A stretch of 64,000 nucleotides of DNA from an uncultured Bacteroidota bacterium. Its GTDB lineage: Bacteria; Bacteroidota; Bacteroidia; Bacteroidales; UBA12481. A program made the translations under genes and the position numbers. Location of the stretch: assembly GCA_942493265.1 (NCBI GenBank), contig OW818688.1, positions 4,191,147 to 4,255,146 on the forward strand, in the 5' to 3' direction. Under the pieces are notes generated by a model. It was not told the DNA's origin. It was given only the letters and a program-made list of their open reading frames with translations, and searched no databases. The stretch's first letter is position 1, and each line of letters begins with the position of its first letter. Of the stretch, positions 59,267-64,000 are shown one piece after another.

Positions 59267-59332
59267 GTGTGAATCATGCAACTTCCTTGAAAAGTTATGT
59301 AACATTTTCCGGTGCTGATGTAAAGACCTTTG
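59267..59332 (+). promoter_or_regulatory. Conserved 66-bp promoter/operator module, copy 3 (upstream of mlaEFD-dps)
   Basis: GTGTGAAT-CA-TGCAAC, N10, AGTTATGTAAC, N24, CTTTG. It starts 2 nt after the GT4 stop codon. Confidence 0.6.
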
Positions 59333-59349
59333 GCAGGAATTATAATACC

Positions 59350-60201
59350 ATGAAAAAAATAACTCATCCTTTAAAAATAAAGCCCATCCTGCGTGATGCG
59401 GAGAATGCCACGATCAGGATCAGTGAGAAAACTCTTGCAACCACCGAAAAGGTAAGCAATGTGATGACTGATTTCGCGGATGTTGTCCTCTTCATGGCAC
59501 GGATCTTCAAAGAAACCTTCAGCGGTAAATTTGAGTACCGGGAATTTTTCTATCAATGTTACAAGATCGGATACAAAACCGTACCGCTCATCTCCATTAC
59601 CGGAGCCATCATGGGTTTGGTACTGACCATTCAATCCCGCCCGACGCTGGCTGATTTCGGGGCAGTTTCACTGCTTCCGGGAATGGTAACGGTGTCGCTG
59701 ATCCGGGAGATGGGACCGGTGATAACCGCCCTTATCTGTGCAGGTAAAATCGGTTCGGGCATGGGTGCAGAATTAGGATCGATGCGGGTAACCGAGCAAA
59801 TCGATGCCATGGAAGTATCCTCCACCAATCCAATGAAGTTTTTGGTGGTCACCCGGGTACTTGCCGCAACCATCATGATACCCCTCCTGATTCTATACGC
59901 TGATGCCTTGGGCATTTTAGGAAGCTGGGCCGGAGCGAACCTCAAAGGTGACGTAACATTCGGACTCTTCTTCGCACAGGCATTCAATTATATCGGTTTT
60001 ATCGACTTGTTACCCGCCGTAATAAAATCCTTCTTTTTCGGTGCGGCGATAGGGGTGGTTGGATGCTATAAAGGGTACAATGCCGGCCGGGGCACTGAAA
60101 GTGTTGGACTGGCCGCTAACTCAGCTGTGGTAACCGGATCCCTGCTCGTGATCATTATTGACCTGGTAGCCGTACAATTCACCGACATGCTCGTATCATG
60201 A
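59350..60201 (+). CDS. mlaE: MlaE-like ABC transporter permease
   Basis: The track ORF starts at GTG 59269 and would translate the promoter module. I use ATG 59350, and ATG 59464 (MTDFADVV...) is an equally plausible start. MlaE-type TM pattern. Confidence 0.8.
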   Translation: MKKITHPLKIKPILRDAENATIRISEKTLATTEKVSNVMTDFADVVLFMARIFKETFSGKFEYREFFYQCYKIGYKTVPLISITGAIMGLVLTIQSRPTLADFGAVSLLPGMVTVSLIREMGPVITALICAGKIGSGMGAELGSMRVTEQIDAMEVSSTNPMKFLVVTRVLAATIMIPLLILYADALGILGSWAGANLKGDVTFGLFFAQAFNYIGFIDLLPAVIKSFFFGAAIGVVGCYKGYNAGRGTESVGLAANSAVVTGSLLVIIIDLVAVQFTDMLVS

Positions 60202-60941
60202 AAACATCTCAAAATGAATCGGTTATAGAAATCCGCAATCTGCAGAAATCTTTCGGACCGCAAGCGGTATTGCAGGATGTTACCTTACAGCTCTTCAAGG
60301 AGGAAAACCTGGTGGTACTGGGCAAATCGGGTAATGGGAAATCAGTATTGATAAAATGCATTGCCGGATTATTGGATTTTGAAGCAGGAAGTATTGACGT
60401 ATTTGGCAAAAACATAGCTGAACTAACGCGTGAAGAATTAGGTGAACTGCGACAGAAAATCGGATTTCTTTTTCAAAGCGGGGCACTGTATGATTCCATG
60501 ACAGTTAAGCAGAATCTTGAATTTCCGCTGCGCAGGATAAAAAGGGACCTGAGCGAGGCCAGTATAAAGGAAAAGGTAAATGAAGTGTTAGAAAATGTTG
60601 GACTGGCCGATGCATTGGACAAAATGCCATCCCAATTATCGGGCGGCATGCGGAAAAGGATCAGTCTGGCAAGAACAATTATAGTTGACCCGCTGATCAT
60701 GCTGTATGATGAGCCCACCACCGGACTTGACCCGTCGACATCAGATGAAATAAGTTCGCTGATCAATGCGGTTCAGAAGAAATACAAGACCTCCTCAATG
60801 ATCATCACGCATGATATAAATTGTGCAAGAAAAACCGGTGATCGGATTATCATGCTCGAAGAAGGTAAAATTTTTAAAGAAGGAAGCGTTAAGGATTTTG
60901 AAACCTCAGATAATGAGTTAATAAAATCATTTTTTATTTAA
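60198..60941 (+). CDS. mlaF: MlaF-like ABC transporter ATP-binding protein
   Basis: 247 aa with Walker A GKSGNGKS, signature LSGGMRKR and Walker B MLYDEPTTGLD. Confidence 0.9.
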   Translation: MKTSQNESVIEIRNLQKSFGPQAVLQDVTLQLFKEENLVVLGKSGNGKSVLIKCIAGLLDFEAGSIDVFGKNIAELTREELGELRQKIGFLFQSGALYDSMTVKQNLEFPLRRIKRDLSEASIKEKVNEVLENVGLADALDKMPSQLSGGMRKRISLARTIIVDPLIMLYDEPTTGLDPSTSDEISSLINAVQKKYKTSSMIITHDINCARKTGDRIIMLEEGKIFKEGSVKDFETSDNELIKSFFI

Positions 60942-60968
60942 AAACATAAGGATTTAAATTATAACAAA

Positions 60969-61676
60969 ATGGAAGCACACTCACACAAATTCAAAATACG
61001 GCTGGGCCTTTTTATTGCAGGCGGGCTGGCCATTTTCGTGATAGCGATTTTCATAATCGGCAAACAGAAAAACCTTTTTAATCCGGTATTTAAGCTGACG
61101 TCGGCATTTTATAATGTAAGCGGATTGCAGGTCGGAAATAACGTCAGGTTTTCCGGCATTAATGTAGGTACAGTTGATAGAATCACCATCATAAATGATT
61201 CAACTGTGAGAGTAGATATGATGGTCAGGAAAGAGGTAAACCAATTTATTAAAAGTGACTGCGGGGTGTCAATTGGATCGGAAGGTTTAATTGGCGACCG
61301 GCTGCTGATCATCTCACAGGGCAGCACAGATGCCCCGTTAGCCAAAGATGGGCAGCAACTTACATCAACGGAGCCGGTTGAAACGGATGCTATTGTAGCA
61401 AGCGTGCAGGTATCTGCCTTTAATTTTGAAATCATTACCCAGCAGCTGGCGGAGATTATGATCAACGTAAACAGCGGAGAAGGGACACTTGGCAAATTGA
61501 TTGCGGACACCTCCATTGCGCGGAATATCGACAGGACAATCCTGAACCTGAGGAAAAGCACCAAAGGATTAAATGAAAATATGGAAGCCGCCAAAGAAAA
61601 TATTCTTCTTAAAGGCTACTTCAACAGAAAGGCAAAAGAAGCTGAAAAAAAATCAAAAGAAGCTGAAAAAAAATGA
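60969..61676 (+). CDS. mlaD: MlaD-like MCE-domain protein
   Basis: 235 aa with an N-terminal TM helix and an MCE domain (VSGLQVGNNVRFSGINVGTVDRI). Lys/Glu-rich tail. Confidence 0.85.
   Translation: MEAHSHKFKIRLGLFIAGGLAIFVIAIFIIGKQKNLFNPVFKLTSAFYNVSGLQVGNNVRFSGINVGTVDRITIINDSTVRVDMMVRKEVNQFIKSDCGVSIGSEGLIGDRLLIISQGSTDAPLAKDGQQLTSTEPVETDAIVASVQVSAFNFEIITQQLAEIMINVNSGEGTLGKLIADTSIARNIDRTILNLRKSTKGLNENMEAAKENILLKGYFNRKAKEAEKKSKEAEKK
61633..61674 (+). repeat. Perfect 21-bp tandem duplication (CAAAAGAAGCTGAAAAAAAAT x2), each copy with an A8 run
   Basis: Read directly from the sequence. It encodes the KEAEKKSKEAEKK tail of the MlaD-like protein and ends at the ATGA junction with dps. Confidence 0.9.
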
Positions 61677-62146
61677 AAACCAACATAGGAATACCGGGTA
61701 ACGACATTGAGGCAATTTCTACGCTGCTCAACACCCTGCTGGCGGATGAATATACCTTGTACACTAAAACCCGGAACGCGCACTGGAATATCACCGGGTC
61801 GAACTTCAGTGAGCTGCACGAGTTTTTCAAAGCTGAATACATTGAACTGGATACTGTTATTGACAGCCTGGCACAAAGGATCCGTTCACTCGGTCATTTC
61901 GCACTCGGGAATCTGAAGGATTACCTGACTGTCACACATCTGGATGAAGACAACCACGACTTCAGCAATGCCAGGCAGATTCTCAGGACCTTATTCAACG
62001 ACCACGAAACGCTGATCCGGATAATCAGGAATGATATTGCGCCGGTTTCCTTGGAATTCAAAGACCTGGGTACAGCCGACTTCCTGACCGGTTTGATGGA
62101 ACTGCATGAAAAAATGGCCTGGGAACTCAGAGCGTTCTTATCTTAA
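61673..62146 (+). CDS. dps: Dps-family DNA-protection / ferritin-like protein
   Basis: 157 aa with LLADEYTLYTKTRNAHWNITGSNFSELHEFF, a typical Dps ferroxidase-site region. Confidence 0.9.
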   Translation: MKTNIGIPGNDIEAISTLLNTLLADEYTLYTKTRNAHWNITGSNFSELHEFFKAEYIELDTVIDSLAQRIRSLGHFALGNLKDYLTVTHLDEDNHDFSNARQILRTLFNDHETLIRIIRNDIAPVSLEFKDLGTADFLTGLMELHEKMAWELRAFLS

Positions 62147-62159
62147 ACAAATTCCACTA

Positions 62160-63428
62160 ATGACTAACGTAACCTTGCATAAAACTACATTAATTACAAT
62201 CCTGGTATTTGGCTGCATAATTGGCAGTTATGCTCAGCGCCCATTGACACCCGATGCATCGGTCACTCAGAAATTTTACTCGATCAATCATCATCAGCTG
62301 TTTTGGTTTTCCTCAGGAAAAAATCTGAAAAAAGCGGCTGAATGGCTGAAGGTAATTGAGTCATCCGGGCATTTAGGAATCCAGGTGGACCCAATCACCA
62401 TAAAAAACATCCGGACTGCATTAATGAACAGGAATGCACTCGATGGAGGCTATAAAGAACAGGCTGACAAACAGATAACCGAATTGGTTTTAAACTACAT
62501 GAGGGAGCTGCAACAAGGTAATATAAGCCTTGATTATGATGAAATCAGCCAGAACAGGGATACCCTTTATATTGACCGGCTGTTGAATTCCAAATTCTGG
62601 GAATCCGTGCCAAAAATAGTTGTGCGGCTCGATTGCAAAGACCCTGATTACCAGGCTTTGAAACAATACCTGCGGGATTCAGTCGCTGCAACGGACACCT
62701 TAAAATACAAAGCGGTAGTCATGGGAATGAATTACCGCAGATACCTTACCGTTAACCATCCGCCGGAATATATCCTGGTCAATATCCCGGAAGCTGAAGC
62801 GGCATATTACCAGAATGATTTGCGGGTGCTGAAGATGCGGGTAGTGGTTGGCAAAAAGAAAAATCCCACTCCGCTGATTGCTTCCAATATCACCAGCATT
62901 GTAACCTTTCCACATTGGAACGTACCCTATCAGATTGCCGTAACGGAACTGCTGCCAAAGGTTCAGAAGAATGAAAATTACCTGGAGCAGAACAATTTTG
63001 AGATAGTAGATGCGAAGGGCAATGTAGTGGACGATTCAGATTTGAACTGGTCGGAATATGATACCCGGAATTTTCCCTATTTTTTCAAGCAGGCAACAGG
63101 AGCCGACAATTCGCTGGGTGTTTTGAAGTTCAACCTTCAGAACCCTTTCAGCATATTCCTTCACTCTACCAGCGCATTGAATTCCTTTTCGAAAGACTTC
63201 AGGTTTCTAAGCCATGGCTGCGTTAGGCTTGAAAAGCCGTTTGAACTGGCTGATGCGCTGCTCCGGGGCAATATTGACCTGGAAGCGTTAAAGGGCGGGA
63301 AGAAAGACACTGAATCAAAAACGATCAAATTACCCGTGAAGATCCCGGTATTTATCATTTACATGCCCGTGAAAGTGGTGGGTGAACAAGTAACCGTGCT
63401 GAAGGATATTTACGGCCTAATTAAGTAA
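62160..63428 (+). CDS. L,D-transpeptidase (YcbB/YkuD-type)
   Basis: I prefer ATG 62160 (MTNVTLHKTT..., signal-like). YkuD catalytic motif HSTS...SHGCVRL. Confidence 0.85.
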   Translation: MTNVTLHKTTLITILVFGCIIGSYAQRPLTPDASVTQKFYSINHHQLFWFSSGKNLKKAAEWLKVIESSGHLGIQVDPITIKNIRTALMNRNALDGGYKEQADKQITELVLNYMRELQQGNISLDYDEISQNRDTLYIDRLLNSKFWESVPKIVVRLDCKDPDYQALKQYLRDSVAATDTLKYKAVVMGMNYRRYLTVNHPPEYILVNIPEAEAAYYQNDLRVLKMRVVVGKKKNPTPLIASNITSIVTFPHWNVPYQIAVTELLPKVQKNENYLEQNNFEIVDAKGNVVDDSDLNWSEYDTRNFPYFFKQATGADNSLGVLKFNLQNPFSIFLHSTSALNSFSKDFRFLSHGCVRLEKPFELADALLRGNIDLEALKGGKKDTESKTIKLPVKIPVFIIYMPVKVVGEQVTVLKDIYGLIK

Positions 63429-64000
63429 AGAAGAGGAGCCGATATAATCAGTGTCGGGATTATAAATAAACAGGCAGGTTCCCCCCTTGATGGTTTCAAT
63501 GATTGGTTTATTCAAATCAGGAGGAAGGGCCGGACAGCCCAGACTTCTGCCGAGCCGGCCATTTTTCAGGATGAAATTTTCAGTTGCATAATCTGCAGCA
63601 TGAATAATAATTTCCCTTTTACTGGCATTATCATTAATCCCCTTCTCCACCCCGTTGATCATCAGGGCAAATCCTGTATGGGATCCCTGAATGGGGTTTT
63701 CAGTTACGTAAAATCCCAGACTGCTTTTTAGGGAGCCTTCCTTGTTCGAAAACGACTCTGCGAACTCATCACCGGTATTCCGGCCATGCGCAACGTAAGT
63801 ATTGAACAACAACTTTTTATGTTGCAAATCAATCACATACAACCGCTTATGATTTGACGACTGTGAATAATCTGCTATGGTTACAATATTTGAATTCTTT
63901 AATCTGCCCTTAGATTCCAATTTCCGCATTCCTTTTATGGCCAGGTCAAAAATATCCCTCGACAAACCAAGTTCCGTCAGATTTACAGCGGAATAAACAT
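63417..64000 (-). CDS. L,D-transpeptidase catalytic-domain family protein (YkuD_2-type), N-terminus beyond the window
   Basis: Motifs IIIHAADY and GRSLGCPAL. The frame remains open upstream of the TTG at 63965 through to the window end, so the gene is probably 5'-truncated here. Confidence 0.75.
   Translation of the reverse strand, partial: VYSAVNLTELGLSRDIFDLAIKGMRKLESKGRLKNSNIVTIADYSQSSNHKRLYVIDLQHKKLLFNTYVAHGRNTGDEFAESFSNKEGSLKSSLGFYVTENPIQGSHTGFALMINGVEKGINDNASKREIIIHAADYATENFILKNGRLGRSLGCPALPPDLNKPIIETIKGGTCLFIYNPDTDYIGSSSLLN

Noticed and set aside
59269-59349. GTG-initiated 5' extension of the MlaE ORF.
   Set aside because: It would translate the conserved promoter module (copy 3). 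MlaE homologs are shorter, so ATG 59350 or 59464 is more plausible.
1-64000. A search for mobile elements, CRISPR arrays, rRNA/tRNA genes and toxin-antitoxin or defence islands.
   Set aside because: No transposase, integrase or recombinase-like ORFs appear in the track. I noticed no spacer-interrupted repeat arrays. The intergenic regions are too short and lack tRNA-like structure. The window reads as core chromosome.

Overview
The window looks like a chromosomal segment of a Bacteroidota-type bacterium. The evidence is weak or absent Shine-Dalgarno sequences, TTTG / TAnnTTTG-like promoter elements, and the gene families present. It is densely coding, with about 55 genes. I saw no rRNA, tRNA, CRISPR array, transposase or integrase.

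Gene content, left to right:
- mutS2 (partial) and a PAS histidine kinase.
- A minus-strand operon: recQ, a DEDD exonuclease, a RelA-like (p)ppGpp synthetase and tex.
- guaB, three PpiC/SurA-type chaperone genes, a MoxR ATPase and an OstA-like gene.
- recG and an M1 aminopeptidase.
- A divergent pair: a Crp/Fnr-family regulator and a His-rich ferredoxin-domain gene.
- A K+/H+ antiporter and a 958-aa HExxH + PD40 protein.
- phzF, an MFS transporter and a tocopherol-cyclase-like gene.
- A complete trpEGDCFBA operon.
- Several two-component systems, an AI-2E transporter with GH130 and a GT4 fusion, mlaEFD, dps and two L,D-transpeptidases.

Most interesting observations:
1. 42.5-50.2 kb: a Tat-exported HybA-like FeS protein and a HybB/NrfD-like membrane subunit with no catalytic partner. 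They are bracketed by two paralogous membrane-anchored GcvH-like proteins, one of them fused to a periplasmic PBP-like domain. A CXXCH-bearing histidine kinase and a sigma-54 activator follow. I do not recognise this composition as a characterised system.
2. A 66-bp promoter-like module with identical internal spacing occurs in three consecutive intergenic regions (50796, 54636, 59267). The first copy lies just upstream of an AraC-family gene, which suggests a local regulon.
3. A 14-codon leader peptide with tandem Trp codons at positions 10 and 11, followed by a rho-independent terminator, lies upstream of trpE.

All functional calls come from reading motifs in the supplied translations. No database search was run.
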